From Polyangia bacterium (GTDB lineage Bacteria; Myxococcota_A; Polyangia; JAAYKL01): DNA of 64,000 nt. Shown here piece by piece: positions 39,951 through 50,147 of the stretch; within the stretch, counting starts at the first letter, position 1, and each line of letters opens with the position of its first letter. The translations under genes and the position numbers were made by a program. The stretch is taken from NCBI GenBank assembly GCA_050287845.1, contig JBNKCR010000055.1:128001-192000 (forward strand), given 5' to 3'. The notes under the pieces were generated by a model. That model searched no databases. It was not told the DNA's origin and saw only the letters and a program-made list of their open reading frames with translations.

Positions 39951-40427
39951 ATGCGTATGTTTATCCGTATTCGAATTATTGATATTTTTGAGAGACTCGC
40001 CGAGGTGGAGCAGTTGGCGGCAGAACTGTACAAGTATTATGCGATGCATTTTGCCGACAATCCCGGGGCTTGCGAATTGTTTGAGACAATGAGTCGTGAA
40101 GAAGAAGGTCACCGGGATCAGGTGCTTCGCCAACAGACCACCCTGTCCCGAACGTTTTCCGCCGGTGATTATGTTGAAGTGGATTTGTCCGGCGTGGATC
40201 AGGTGGCCAACGCCATGTTGCTCCAGATGAGGAAATCAGCGCCGTCCCTCAAAGATGCGGTGGGTTTTGCCATATGGATGGAATCCTCGGGGATGGAGTC
40301 GGCCTATCGGATGGCGGCCGCAAAATACACGCCCGAAATCTCCAGTCTGGCATCGGAAATTTCAGCACATGAAACTCGCCACCTGCAGCAGTTGAAGACG
40401 TTTCAGGCCACCCTGACGACACAGTGA
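39951..40427 (+). CDS. Ferritin-like/rubrerythrin family protein
   Basis: E...Y, EEEGH, MES...Y, HETRH diiron-type motifs. Confidence 0.75.
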   Translation: MRMFIRIRIIDIFERLAEVEQLAAELYKYYAMHFADNPGACELFETMSREEEGHRDQVLRQQTTLSRTFSAGDYVEVDLSGVDQVANAMLLQMRKSAPSLKDAVGFAIWMESSGMESAYRMAAAKYTPEISSLASEISAHETRHLQQLKTFQATLTTQ

Positions 40428-40462
40428 ACGGAACTCAATAATTCATTGGACCATAATTGGGA

Positions 40463-41560
40463 TCAACCACCGTTGCCTCCGTACATCGGCAGGTACAGTG
40501 TGAACGCCACCCCCAGACCATCGTTGGCCGCATCGATATACCCGTCGTGCAACTGGGCAATTCGGGAGGAGATCGATAATCCAAGACCGGTGCTGTCGGT
40601 ACCGGAATAAAAGGGATCGAAAAGGTCTTCCATATGAGATGTATCAATCGCGGGGCCGTTGTTTTCGATGCGCAGGCACGCCATGGCCTGCTCGCTTTTT
40701 ACCCGGATATCCACCGAGAGGCGGATGATGCCCGAACGCTCCCCAATGGCCTTTTCCGCATTGATGACAATATTGATTGCCAACTGAGCCAGTAGATCGC
40801 GGTCGGCCCGAACATACACCGGTGATTCGGGCAGTGCAAATTGCAGGGAAACGTCGGTTTGTCGCGCATGAGCCCCATATAACTCGCGGATCCGCTCGGC
40901 AACTTCTCTCAGGTCCAGTTTTTCCATCTTTGAGGGGGCCGGCTTTGCAAACGTCAGAAATCGGTCTGCAACATTCTGAAGCCGTTTTATTTCAGATACG
41001 TGAATTTCCCAGAGACGGCGTTCTTCACAGTCCCTGGGCACCACGGTGTCCACGATTTCCGAAGTGCCCAGCAGGGAGTGCAGAGGATTTTTGATTTCGT
41101 GGGCGATGCCCGCCACTGTCTGGCCCAGGGCACTCAATCTGCCCGCCCGAACCAACTGCTGCTGAAGGGACTCCCGTTCCCGCAACGAGATTTCCAGTTG
41201 ACGACGCTGTTTCTTTTCCTTGGCGGACAGATATCCGGAAATGGCGCCCAGAATGAAGTAGATGCCGATTTCCAGAATTTTTTCGATTCCATTGGCTGGA
41301 TCGAAATGGTGCGGCAGAATGAACGCGTGGGGAATATAGGCCAGAGTGACCAGAAAGGCGAACAGCAGACCGCCGCGAATGCCAGCCTGCAATGCGCCCA
41401 CCACAATGGGCAGATAGTACAATCGTCGCAGAACATCGTGAGCATGGATGTTTTCATGACCGGTGAGATAGTGAAAGAAAGTCACCGCCACCAGCGGGAG
41501 CCAGGCGCCAAGGATGACCGTCGGGGTAAGCAGCCACGCGCTGTGATGGGGGACCCTCAT
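40463..41560 (-). CDS. Membrane sensor histidine kinase
   Basis: His-containing N-terminal TMs (RRLYYLPI), AHEIKNPL, GLGLSIS. Confidence 0.9.
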   Translation of the reverse strand: MRVPHHSAWLLTPTVILGAWLPLVAVTFFHYLTGHENIHAHDVLRRLYYLPIVVGALQAGIRGGLLFAFLVTLAYIPHAFILPHHFDPANGIEKILEIGIYFILGAISGYLSAKEKKQRRQLEISLRERESLQQQLVRAGRLSALGQTVAGIAHEIKNPLHSLLGTSEIVDTVVPRDCEERRLWEIHVSEIKRLQNVADRFLTFAKPAPSKMEKLDLREVAERIRELYGAHARQTDVSLQFALPESPVYVRADRDLLAQLAINIVINAEKAIGERSGIIRLSVDIRVKSEQAMACLRIENNGPAIDTSHMEDLFDPFYSGTDSTGLGLSISSRIAQLHDGYIDAANDGLGVAFTLYLPMYGGNGG

Positions 41561-42906
41561 TTTTCAATCCCGTATTTTTCCATGCGATAGGCCAGAACGT
41601 GTCTTGGAATTTTTAGCCACGATGCGGTTTTGGATACATTCCGATTTTGCAGTTGCAGCGCTTTTTCGATGATATTCTTTTCAAGGTCAAATAGCGAGAT
41701 CCCCTCCGAAGGCAACGGAATATTGTCTATCAGTACAGACGATGCATTGGCGGCGCTGGGCACAAACGGCAGATCATCGATTCGAACGACATCCCCAGGG
41801 GTGAGCAACGCCAGTCGCTGGCAAACATTTTCCAGTTCCCGGATGTTTCCCGGCCAATGATGGGTGCGCATGGCGGCAACTACGCTCTCCGGCAATTCCA
41901 TTGTGCGCCCTTCTGCAAATCGGTTGATGAAATGTCGAGCCAGCAGTTCAATGTCCTCGGGCCGATCTTTGAGAGGGGGTACGTGAATCTGTACGACATT
42001 AATACGATAATAGAGATCTGCGCGAAATCGTCCGGCTTCCACTTCCTCCGCCAAATCTCTGTTTGTGGCGGCCACTACCCGGACGTCCACGGCGGTCGGT
42101 GTATCGCTCCCCAGGCTGTCAATGGTCTTTTCCTGGAGCGCGCGCAGCAATTTTCCCTGAAGCATCAGGGGCAGCTCGGCAATTTCATCGAGAAAAATGG
42201 TGCCGCCGTTTGCCTGTTTAAACCGTCCCGGTCGATCGTTGATCGCACCGGTAAACGCACCTTTTTTGTGGCCGAACATCTCGGATTCAATGAGGTTTTC
42301 TGGCATTGCCGCCAGGTTGATGGGGACGAACGGCCCCGATGCCCGTCCACTTCGGGTATGAATCCGCCGGGCGATGAGCTCCTTTCCGGTGCCGCTGTTT
42401 CCGGTAACCAGAACCGACGCATCGGATGCCGCGAAGCGATCGGTCATATTGATGATGTCGCTCATGATTGCGGATTGAAAGAGGATAGGGCGCTCAATCC
42501 CACCGGCCGAAATACGCAGTGTATTGATTTCGCTGGCCAGCGCCTGGTGTTTCAGGGCTTTTTCGACCACCAGCAGCAGATGATCCCGGCTGAAGGGTTT
42601 TCCCAGAAAATCCGCAGCGCCCAGTTTCATTGCATCGACAGCCAGCGTTACATTGGCATATGCGGTAATGATAATAACTGGCAGTTCGATATACTCTGCG
42701 CGAATTTTCCGCAGGACATCGATACCTGAAATTCCCGGCATTTTCACATCGGTAATCACCAGATTGAATGTCTGCTCCGCCAGAAGATCAAGCCCTTCAT
42801 TGCCATCCCTGGCGGCAGTGACATGATACCCCGCCCTGGAGAGATTGAAAACAGCCAGTTCTCTGCCGGAGGCGTCATCCTCTATAATCAGTATTTTTGC
42901 TGACAT
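41557..42906 (-). CDS. NtrC-family sigma54-dependent response regulator
   Basis: [30 protein letters not shown], Fis HTH. Confidence 0.95.
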   Translation of the reverse strand: MSAKILIIEDDASGRELAVFNLSRAGYHVTAARDGNEGLDLLAEQTFNLVITDVKMPGISGIDVLRKIRAEYIELPVIIITAYANVTLAVDAMKLGAADFLGKPFSRDHLLLVVEKALKHQALASEINTLRISAGGIERPILFQSAIMSDIINMTDRFAASDASVLVTGNSGTGKELIARRIHTRSGRASGPFVPINLAAMPENLIESEMFGHKKGAFTGAINDRPGRFKQANGGTIFLDEIAELPLMLQGKLLRALQEKTIDSLGSDTPTAVDVRVVAATNRDLAEEVEAGRFRADLYYRINVVQIHVPPLKDRPEDIELLARHFINRFAEGRTMELPESVVAAMRTHHWPGNIRELENVCQRLALLTPGDVVRIDDLPFVPSAANASSVLIDNIPLPSEGISLFDLEKNIIEKALQLQNRNVSKTASWLKIPRHVLAYRMEKYGIEK

Positions 42907-43025
42907 ATGAAGATCTTACAGCCTTTTACCGGAACATCAACCGAAACCATGATCCGGATTCGTGGTTTACGAAGCAGGTGAAATCCCGGGCGCATATTTG
43001 AGGATCCATTGAATCGGATTTCGTT

Positions 43026-43385
43026 TTAAATATATTTCTCCGGATCCTGATCAAACTGCGGCTTACACCCCGGGCAACAGAATGCATAGAACTTCCCCTT
43101 GTACTCTGAAATCAGCGTGTTGGCGGTAACTGAAAATTCATTTTTCATTACCGGGCAAACCGCTTTGGTGCCAACGGCAGGTTTCTGGGGAAAGCCGTTT
43201 GTTATACCTGAAGCTGATTCTTCGCTTTTTGCACTAACATCATGATTATCCATACTTTTTTGTGGAATCATCTGATCGTGTTCAACGGTTGCGGCAGCGG
43301 CTTCTTCGGGGCTCTTGCTGCATCCGGCCAGCCCGGTAATACCGAGCGTAAATATGGCTGTAATAATGGTTATTTTTGTGAACAT
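43026..43385 (-). CDS. YHS domain lipoprotein (putative metal binding)
   Basis: LAGC lipobox, CPVM, YKGKFYAFCCPGCK..F..DPEKY; AAGGAGG RBS. Confidence 0.88.
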   Translation of the reverse strand: MFTKITIITAIFTLGITGLAGCSKSPEEAAAATVEHDQMIPQKSMDNHDVSAKSEESASGITNGFPQKPAVGTKAVCPVMKNEFSVTANTLISEYKGKFYAFCCPGCKPQFDQDPEKYI

Positions 43386-43426
43386 CTGATTTTCCTCCTT
43401 ATGGAACAGGTTACCACCTCCGTCAG

Positions 43427-43442
43427 TGCAACCCATGTGCCA
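43427..43442 (-). promoter_or_regulatory. sigma54 promoter of the YHS gene
   Basis: Minus strand TGGCAC-ATGGG-TTGCA matches consensus. Confidence 0.8.
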
Positions 43443-43525
43443 GACAGAATTTCCGCAATTTTCAGATATGTCTGCCGCAGGGTGCATGATGAATTTTCAG
43501 AATACTGGGCAACGGGATATTCATT

Positions 43526-43541
43526 TTGAGATTATTCTCAA
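43526..43541. promoter_or_regulatory. Palindrome, candidate enhancer-binding site
   Basis: TTGAGA-TTAT-TCTCAA, about 85-100 nt upstream of the sigma54 promoter. Confidence 0.45.
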
Positions 43542-43680
43542 CGTCTCTTGGGGGAATTGGCGTTGACAGCATGGTACAAATTCGGCACAGAAGTTGCGTA
43601 GGCTGGAAAGGGTGATCAATATGAATGCGAATTGACTGGTTGTTTAATTTGCTGATTTTACCAGGAAGGACGAGGAAAAT

Positions 43681-44946
43681 ATGAAAATTGAGACATTGGC
43701 GCTCCACGCCGGGAATGTGATCGATGAGACAGGTGCGAGACAGAATCCCGTGTATCGGACAGCCGCGTATGTATTTCGCGATACGGAACATGCCGCCAAT
43801 CTGTTTGCGTTGAAGGAACTGGGAAATATTTACACCCGATTAATGAATCCCACCCACGATATTCTGGAAAAGCGAATGGCCGCCCTGGAAGGGGGCGTTG
43901 CGGGACTGGCAGTGGCGTCGGGCACATCGGCTATTTTCTATACGGTCATTAATATATGTGCTCTGGGCGATGAGGTGGTGGCCGCCAACAATCTGTATGG
44001 GGGCACCTACACGATGTTCAACGACATTCTGCCGGGAATGGGCATCAACGTCCGATTCGTTCCGCCAACGGATCTGGAAGCGGTCGAAGCCGCCATTTCG
44101 GAGAAGACCCGGATGCTGTATTGTGAAACCATCGGGAATCCGGCGCTGGATGTGGTGAATCTGAAAGCCTACGCCGCCATTGCGGAAAAATATGAGATTC
44201 CGTTGGTGGTGGATTCCACGTTCACCACCCCGTATCTGGTGCGCCCCATCGAACATGGTGCCCATGTGGTGGTTCATTCTCTGACCAAGTGGCTGGGCGG
44301 TCACGGTGCCGGGATTGGTGGCGTGGTGGTGGATAGCGGAACCTTCAACTGGTCGAATCCGAAGTTCAAGCTGTATAACGAGCCGGACGGTTCGTACCAT
44401 GGATTGAGATATGCCCATGATTTGGGAGAGTTGAGCCCGCTGGCATTCATTCTGAGAATGCGATTGGTGCCATTGCGCAATCTGGGGGCGTGCCTGTCTC
44501 CCGACAATGCATGGCTGGCAATGCAGGGCATCGAAACCCTGGCGTTGCGGATGCAGCGACATTGCGATAATGCACTGGCAGTGGCGAATCATCTGACGCA
44601 ACATCCGAAGGTGGAGTGGGTGAGATATCCGGGATTACCGGAAGATCCGGCCCACGCAGCCGCGAAATCTCAGTTTGAGCATGGATTTGGCGGGATGGTG
44701 GTGTTCGGAATCCGGGGCGGGCTGGCGCCGGGCAAGAAATTCATCAATAATCTGAAATTGATATCTCATCTGGCCAACGTGGGAGATGCCAAAAGTCTGG
44801 CGATTCATCCGGCGAGCACCACCCATTCCCAGTTGACGGAACAGCAGCAGGCGGAAGGGGGAATCACGCCTGAGCTGATTCGCCTGTCCATTGGAATTGA
44901 GCATATCGATGATATTCTGGCCGATATAGACCAGGCATTTGAATAA
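43681..44946 (+). CDS. metY: O-acetylhomoserine sulfhydrylase (PLP)
   Basis: GNIYTRLMNPT, LYGGT, HSLTKWLGGHG, HLANVGDAKSL, HPASTTH. Confidence 0.93.
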   Translation: MKIETLALHAGNVIDETGARQNPVYRTAAYVFRDTEHAANLFALKELGNIYTRLMNPTHDILEKRMAALEGGVAGLAVASGTSAIFYTVINICALGDEVVAANNLYGGTYTMFNDILPGMGINVRFVPPTDLEAVEAAISEKTRMLYCETIGNPALDVVNLKAYAAIAEKYEIPLVVDSTFTTPYLVRPIEHGAHVVVHSLTKWLGGHGAGIGGVVVDSGTFNWSNPKFKLYNEPDGSYHGLRYAHDLGELSPLAFILRMRLVPLRNLGACLSPDNAWLAMQGIETLALRMQRHCDNALAVANHLTQHPKVEWVRYPGLPEDPAHAAAKSQFEHGFGGMVVFGIRGGLAPGKKFINNLKLISHLANVGDAKSLAIHPASTTHSQLTEQQQAEGGITPELIRLSIGIEHIDDILADIDQAFE

Positions 44947-44994
44947 TGACGAACCGTTTCTTTATCGGACTCCGATGAAAGGCAGCGACAGCTC

Positions 44995-45888
44995 ATGACG
45001 ATTGTAGTTTCCGACGATTATCACGCCAGAGCATCTCTGGAAAAGCTTGGTATATATTGCATTTCAGATGAAAGAGCCCTGCGGCAGGATATCCGTGGAC
45101 TTCGGATTGGTATCCTGAATGTGATGCCCGAAGTGGATAAATACGAGGTCTCCGTATTGTATCCGCTGGGACGAACGCTGATTCATATTCATCCCGTCTG
45201 GATACGGCTCGAAAGTCATAAATACCGGGAATCGAAGATGAAGCATGTGGAACGCCAGTATGTGACCTTTGAGGAGGCGATTCGCACGCGACATCTGGAT
45301 GGGTTGATTCTGACCGGGGCGCCGGTGGAGACCATTTCGTTTGAGGAAGTGCGCTACTGGAAGGAAGCCGCGGAAATACTGCGTTATGCCCGAACGAATG
45401 TGGCTTCCACGTTGGGGTTGTGCTGGGGCGGACTGGCGCTGGCCAAATTACTGGGCATTGAGAAGACGCCATATCGGGAAAAACTCTTCGGTGTATTTGA
45501 AAACCGCAATATTGAGCCCGGGCATCGGATTACCGGACGAATGGATGACCTGTTCTGGTGTCCCCAGAGTCGGCATTCCGGCATTCCGGATGACGTGATG
45601 GAGCAGGCGGCGAAAGATGGGGTGGTGCGACTTCTCGCCCATTCTGTGGATGCCGGGTACTCCATTTTTGAGAGTATGGACATGAGATACATGATGCATC
45701 TCGGTCATCCGGAGTATGAGGCGGAGCGTCTGGTGGAAGAGTATCTGAGAGATCGCGACAAGGGGATGAAGGAAGTGGTTCGCCCGGTCAACGTGAATAT
45801 CAACAGACCTATCAATATCTGGCGCGGTCACTGCCACGAATTTTATAATCAGTGGATCAAGTTCGTTTACGAGACCACGCCTTTCTGA
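44995..45888 (+). CDS. metA: MetA-family homoserine O-acyltransferase, probably acetyl-specific
   Basis: RQDIR, TGAPVE, LCWG, PQSRH, GHPEY; Glu in GAPVE. Confidence 0.92.
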   Translation: MTIVVSDDYHARASLEKLGIYCISDERALRQDIRGLRIGILNVMPEVDKYEVSVLYPLGRTLIHIHPVWIRLESHKYRESKMKHVERQYVTFEEAIRTRHLDGLILTGAPVETISFEEVRYWKEAAEILRYARTNVASTLGLCWGGLALAKLLGIEKTPYREKLFGVFENRNIEPGHRITGRMDDLFWCPQSRHSGIPDDVMEQAAKDGVVRLLAHSVDAGYSIFESMDMRYMMHLGHPEYEAERLVEEYLRDRDKGMKEVVRPVNVNINRPINIWRGHCHEFYNQWIKFVYETTPF

Positions 45889-46039
45889 AATTCCTGTATT
45901 GCGCCCCGTTGGCACACATACGTCACTAAAATTATTCCCGATTCCGTTCTGTTTCGGTCCAGTTGTGTCGCTGCAATTCGCGCTATGCAAAATTCACGCT
46001 TCGCGGTAGAGAACGGAGACAGAAGATCTCAGCTCTGTT

Positions 46040-46708
46040 ATGCTTGAACAGGAGGTTCATTTGCGCTGGTTATTCCACATCTTTATAGTTGTCGTCATTT
46101 CAATGTTCGCAGTGAGTGGATGCAACGATGTCAGGGATGTGCGCTGTCAGAACGGAGAGTGTCTGTGCCTCCATGGCGATAACTGCGATATGGAATGTAT
46201 CTCGCCGCCGTGCACTGCCATCTGCGATGATAACGGTACATTCTGCAACGCCGAATGCGCCAATGGGGATTGTGTCTGTGGTCCGGGCGCAGAATGCCAG
46301 TTTTTCTGTCCTTCCGGGCCGTGCCATGTATATTGCAATGGAAATTCCCGATGCGCCGGCCAGTGCTGGAACGGCAGCTGCAATTGTTCCAGTGGCAGCA
46401 ATTGCGTTTTTAAGTGCGCCTCCGGTCCGTGCCATGTGAACTGCGAAGGAAACAACAAAGAATGCGACGGCGAATGCGCCAACGGTACCTGCACCTGCGG
46501 TCCGGGGAGCGATTGCCGGTTCAAATGCTTGGATTTCGATTGTAAGGCAATTTGCGAAACCGGGGCGACCTGTGCACTTTCCTGTCCGGCCGGAACAACC
46601 GGTGTGAAGGACAGATGCTGGATCTCCAGTTGCGCTGCCGGCGATATACAGGTCTGTGCCGATGGTCTCTACACCGTTTGTGGAATGCCGTGCCCGGAGG
46701 CAAAGTAG
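46040..46708 (+). CDS. Cys-rich repeat lipoprotein
   Basis: VSGC lipobox; 39 Cys counted; four roughly 38-aa repeats beginning CxNGxCxC. Confidence 0.75.
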   Translation: MLEQEVHLRWLFHIFIVVVISMFAVSGCNDVRDVRCQNGECLCLHGDNCDMECISPPCTAICDDNGTFCNAECANGDCVCGPGAECQFFCPSGPCHVYCNGNSRCAGQCWNGSCNCSSGSNCVFKCASGPCHVNCEGNNKECDGECANGTCTCGPGSDCRFKCLDFDCKAICETGATCALSCPAGTTGVKDRCWISSCAAGDIQVCADGLYTVCGMPCPEAK

Positions 46709-46734
46709 GGAATAAATAGCGGAGTACGAGGAGA

Positions 46735-48381
46735 TTATTGGTTCATCTCCAGCTTCAGGTCACCACCCAGCCCCGGTCGTTTATTGCCACCCAGTCTCAG
46801 CCCGCCGCCGGTGGCAGCCCCCGGTTCGTTCTGCAGATTCAGTTTGAGGTCTCCGGGAACAGCCGGTATACCGGGGAGATCCAGCCCGTCATCACTGCCG
46901 GTTTCCGCATCGTTATCTTCGTCTCCGGCAACTGCTTCGCCGTCGTCACTCTCATCAGCCGGCTGGTCACCGGAGATGCCGAAAAGCTGGCCAAGTTCTG
47001 TTTTTACGGCTTCGGATGGGGCTTTGGCGAGCGCTTTTTTGGCTACTTCCCGCATTTCGTCAAAGCGGGCCGTCGCGCGGTAGATCTGTGCGAGAATCAT
47101 CAGGGACTGAAAGTTTTCCTTTGAAAGCCGGACCGATTTCTGCGCGTACTCAATGGCTTCATCGACATTGCCTTTCATCGCTGAAAGTTGCGCCTGGGTA
47201 GCGGCCACTTCCGGGGATGCAGGGGCGATCTTCTCGGCGATTTTCAGTTCCTGGGTGGCGGAGTCGGTGTCGCCGCGCATCATATTCAGGGCAGCCAGAA
47301 GCGCATGTGCCTGATGGTACTCCGGAAATTCGGCGATGGTCTGTCGAATGGCCGACTCGGTTTCCTCCAGATTGCTCTGGGTCATCAGATTGATTTGCGC
47401 CAACGAAATTCTGGTGATGGCCCAATCCCGGGTCTTTTTGGCCTTTTCGAATTCTGCAAGTGCCTCCTGAACGGCACCGCTTCCCAGAAATATTTTGCCA
47501 CGGTGGATTTTCAGCAGCGCGTTGTCCGGGGCCAGCTCCACGGCAATCTGGTTGTCTTTCAGTGCCGCCGACATATCCATTCGGGAAAATTGGCTGAGGC
47601 TTCGGTGTGCGTAAAACGGTGCAGTGGCTGCTGCTGCATCCAGTACGACCAGATTGGTATCGCTGGCCTTTTCCTCGCGTCCGGCCCAGGGGTCAAATAG
47701 CGCATCACCGCTCACTACAGCGTAGCGGCCGTAGATGGCCGATGGGTCGGCTGGTGCCTTTTCCTTTTTGAAGTTAAGGATTTCAACCATTTCAAGGTTC
47801 TGCACGCCAACACTTTGCGCGCTTGCGAACAGAAGACAGGCCATTTCATAGCTGGTGGCTTCAACCGCCTCGCCCCTGTTGATCCGGTCCAGCAGTTCGG
47901 CGGCCGTGAGGGACGCCTCCGGTCTCGGCAGATTCTGTGAATATGAAGTCCACTTGTTCTCTTTTTTCAGTGTCAGCAGCTTGTTGTAGATGGCGGTCAG
48001 CGCCGTTACGTCCGACTCATCTCCGGCCGCTTCCCTGGCAAATGCGTCAATGGCATCATTGGTTTCAAAGGGGACGATGGCGTCTTCCGCTGAAATCCCC
48101 AGGGTTTTCATCTGACTTCGGAGATCTCCGGATGAAATGGCGCTGTCAGCTCCCGGCGCTTGCTTCTGTTTTTGAATCCCCATGTAAATCACCGCACCTG
48201 CGATTGCCACAAGAAGTACCAGCGACGGAATGAAATACTTTGATTTCGGTTTTGGACCCGTTTCGGTTGATTTCCCCTGTGCGGGTTCCACATCGTGAAT
48301 TCCCATGCATTCAGGGCAGCGAACCTTATCGGATTTTTCAGATTCAAATGTTATGTCGCAGTGATTACATGTGTATTTCAT
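46735..48381 (-). CDS. Zinc-ribbon / TM / TPR membrane protein
   Basis: Start re-picked at MKYTCNHC (ATG 48381); CPEC, single TM, tandem TPRs, acidic tail. Confidence 0.78.
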   Translation of the reverse strand: MKYTCNHCDITFESEKSDKVRCPECMGIHDVEPAQGKSTETGPKPKSKYFIPSLVLLVAIAGAVIYMGIQKQKQAPGADSAISSGDLRSQMKTLGISAEDAIVPFETNDAIDAFAREAAGDESDVTALTAIYNKLLTLKKENKWTSYSQNLPRPEASLTAAELLDRINRGEAVEATSYEMACLLFASAQSVGVQNLEMVEILNFKKEKAPADPSAIYGRYAVVSGDALFDPWAGREEKASDTNLVVLDAAAATAPFYAHRSLSQFSRMDMSAALKDNQIAVELAPDNALLKIHRGKIFLGSGAVQEALAEFEKAKKTRDWAITRISLAQINLMTQSNLEETESAIRQTIAEFPEYHQAHALLAALNMMRGDTDSATQELKIAEKIAPASPEVAATQAQLSAMKGNVDEAIEYAQKSVRLSKENFQSLMILAQIYRATARFDEMREVAKKALAKAPSEAVKTELGQLFGISGDQPADESDDGEAVAGDEDNDAETGSDDGLDLPGIPAVPGDLKLNLQNEPGAATGGGLRLGGNKRPGLGGDLKLEMNQ

Positions 48382-48511
48382 TATACTTTCACTCCAGTTT
48401 CTCGGAAGGTTTCGCCAAGGTGTATGGTTCAGCGTACTGAATGTCAATACCGCACAGGTTTCTTTTTTATTCCCGTAAAAACCGAAATGTAGATTGTCGG
48501 AAGGAAACGGC

Positions 48512-49018
48512 TTATTGTTGACAGGAGAGAAGTCTGGATCTTTTTCCATCGGTGCGTGGGACTTTTTTCGCAGTGCAACGTCCCATTTCCCGGCAAACGC
48601 TGGCGGATGCGCAGTCAGCGTCGCCATCGACCACACAGAACCCGTCTGACCCCGGCGTGCACTTTCCATATTCGGCGCAGATTTGCGATGCCCGGCATCC
48701 CTCTTCATCCGCGACGCATTGGCCATATGATTTTTCTCCGATGTAATTGGGTTGAAAATGACACTCCCCCAGATTCTTACAGTTTTCGGACTGGGCACAG
48801 TCGATGGGGCGGGTTGCCACGCAAAGATCTTTGGGGGCGTAGGTGCATTTGCCGGCATTGATACACGTTTCTGTTTCCATGCACGACATATCCTGAACAC
48901 AGTTGCCGGCTTTGGCACGTTTGAATCCGATGGGACAGGAATCCGAACCCTGCAGTAGCACACAGCCAGGCAGTAGAGCAGGGAGGGAAATAATCAGCAG
49001 GTACACGCAAAACTTCAT
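48512..49018 (-). CDS. Cys-rich repeat lipoprotein
   Basis: LPGC lipobox, repeated CxxSxxCxxxGxC; AAGGAG RBS. Confidence 0.72.
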   Translation of the reverse strand: MKFCVYLLIISLPALLPGCVLLQGSDSCPIGFKRAKAGNCVQDMSCMETETCINAGKCTYAPKDLCVATRPIDCAQSENCKNLGECHFQPNYIGEKSYGQCVADEEGCRASQICAEYGKCTPGSDGFCVVDGDADCASASVCREMGRCTAKKVPRTDGKRSRLLSCQQ

Positions 49019-49107
49019 TGGCTACTCCTTTCATTTCAATCCGACAGAGAATGTAGCAGAAGATTGCGGGGGGGGCCAGTGAGCGTTGCGACGCAGGCTG
49101 CAGAAGG

Positions 49108-49343
49108 TTACTTCAGTACCTTTCTGGCCAATGCAGCATGGGGGCCCCGGGGATAGGTTTCAAGGTAGGTGTCGGCATATTTACACGCCATTTCTTTTCG
49201 GCCGGTGCGGTATAAACTTCAATGAGACGGCCAAGGGCTTCACGCCTGAGACCGGCGGAATCGCCATCCCGGGAGAGGCACTGTCCAATGGCACGTGCCT
49301 TCTGGACCGCTTCGTCATAGCGTCCGGATTTTACATCTGCCAG
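49108..49343 (-). pseudogene. Disrupted C-terminal TPR-like part of the FecR gene
   Basis: In frame past the TGA: LADVKSGRYDEA...REALGRLIEVY. After a 1-nt shift near 49209: TGRKEMACKYADTYLETYPRGPHAALARKVLK*. Confidence 0.65.
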
Positions 49344-50147
49344 TCATTCAGACGATGGCCGCCTGCGTTGCCGTGCGGAAGAAGGGGCCGATATCTTCGT
49401 TACGCCGAATTCGATTATCGAAGAAACCGGAGAGGCCGATTTGGCCCTTCTGGTTAAATCAGAACCAGATGAATTCCGTGCCGCGAAAAATTCCAATTTA
49501 CGCGGGGTAAGCGACGCGTTTAATGATTCTCCGGCCGAAACGGTTTTATAATGAGAAATCATCGGGCCACTGACGTTAACCGACCCTTCCTTCATCTGCA
49601 GATTTAATTTTTTCTCAGCGGCATCCCAGGATACCTGAAAGCGAGTCCCGGTGACGTGTATCCGATACGGGCCAGTGGAGAAGTCCCAGTTGGTCTGCCT
49701 GGCGTGTTTGATGGCGGCATCAATGCTTCCCCGTTCCACGATAATATGGGCCCCGCTGGGATTCAGCTCCTGAATACGGGCACTGCCCATCTGGGCCAGA
49801 GAAACCCGGGACCCATCTGTGAATGACAGAGAAAGCGGTTTCCCGACGTCGGATGAAATCCAGCTGCCTTCCGCAATTTTCTGTTTGCCGTGATACGCTT
49901 CGAGTTGCGGCTCGTTACCCTCAAGCAGGACGAGGAAGGCCACGGTCAATGCCGCTGCCACTGCACCGGCAATTATTATCCGTGGACGATGTTTTTGCCA
50001 CGGGGTTGTCTTCCGGGGATATGCCTCCCGGGTAAAAGACAGATTGTCATATACTTCAGCCAGGCAGCTCCGGGTCTGAAGAATCCTATCCTGCGTCTGT
50101 GCAACCGTGGCTCCCAGTTCACGAAACTGTGCTTTGAAATTCCTCAT
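49344..50147 (-). CDS. FecR-domain anti-sigma factor (probably truncated)
   Basis: Single TM, FTDGSRV, GPYRIHVTGTRFQVSWD, EGSVNV. Confidence 0.8.
   Translation of the reverse strand: MRNFKAQFRELGATVAQTQDRILQTRSCLAEVYDNLSFTREAYPRKTTPWQKHRPRIIIAGAVAAALTVAFLVLLEGNEPQLEAYHGKQKIAEGSWISSDVGKPLSLSFTDGSRVSLAQMGSARIQELNPSGAHIIVERGSIDAAIKHARQTNWDFSTGPYRIHVTGTRFQVSWDAAEKKLNLQMKEGSVNVSGPMISHYKTVSAGESLNASLTPRKLEFFAARNSSGSDLTRRAKSASPVSSIIEFGVTKISAPSSARQRRRPSSE

Noticed and set aside
43500..43680. SAM riboswitch upstream of metY
   Set aside because: No recognisable SAM-I/II core sequence.
48382..48963. N-terminal extension of the 742-aa ORF in the track
   Set aside because: Overlaps the 48512-49018 lipoprotein in another frame; the zinc-ribbon start at 48381 is more plausible.
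49344..49346. Selenocysteine or programmed read-through at the FecR TGA
   Set aside because: Trp rather than Cys fits the context, and a further frameshift follows, so decay is the simpler explanation.
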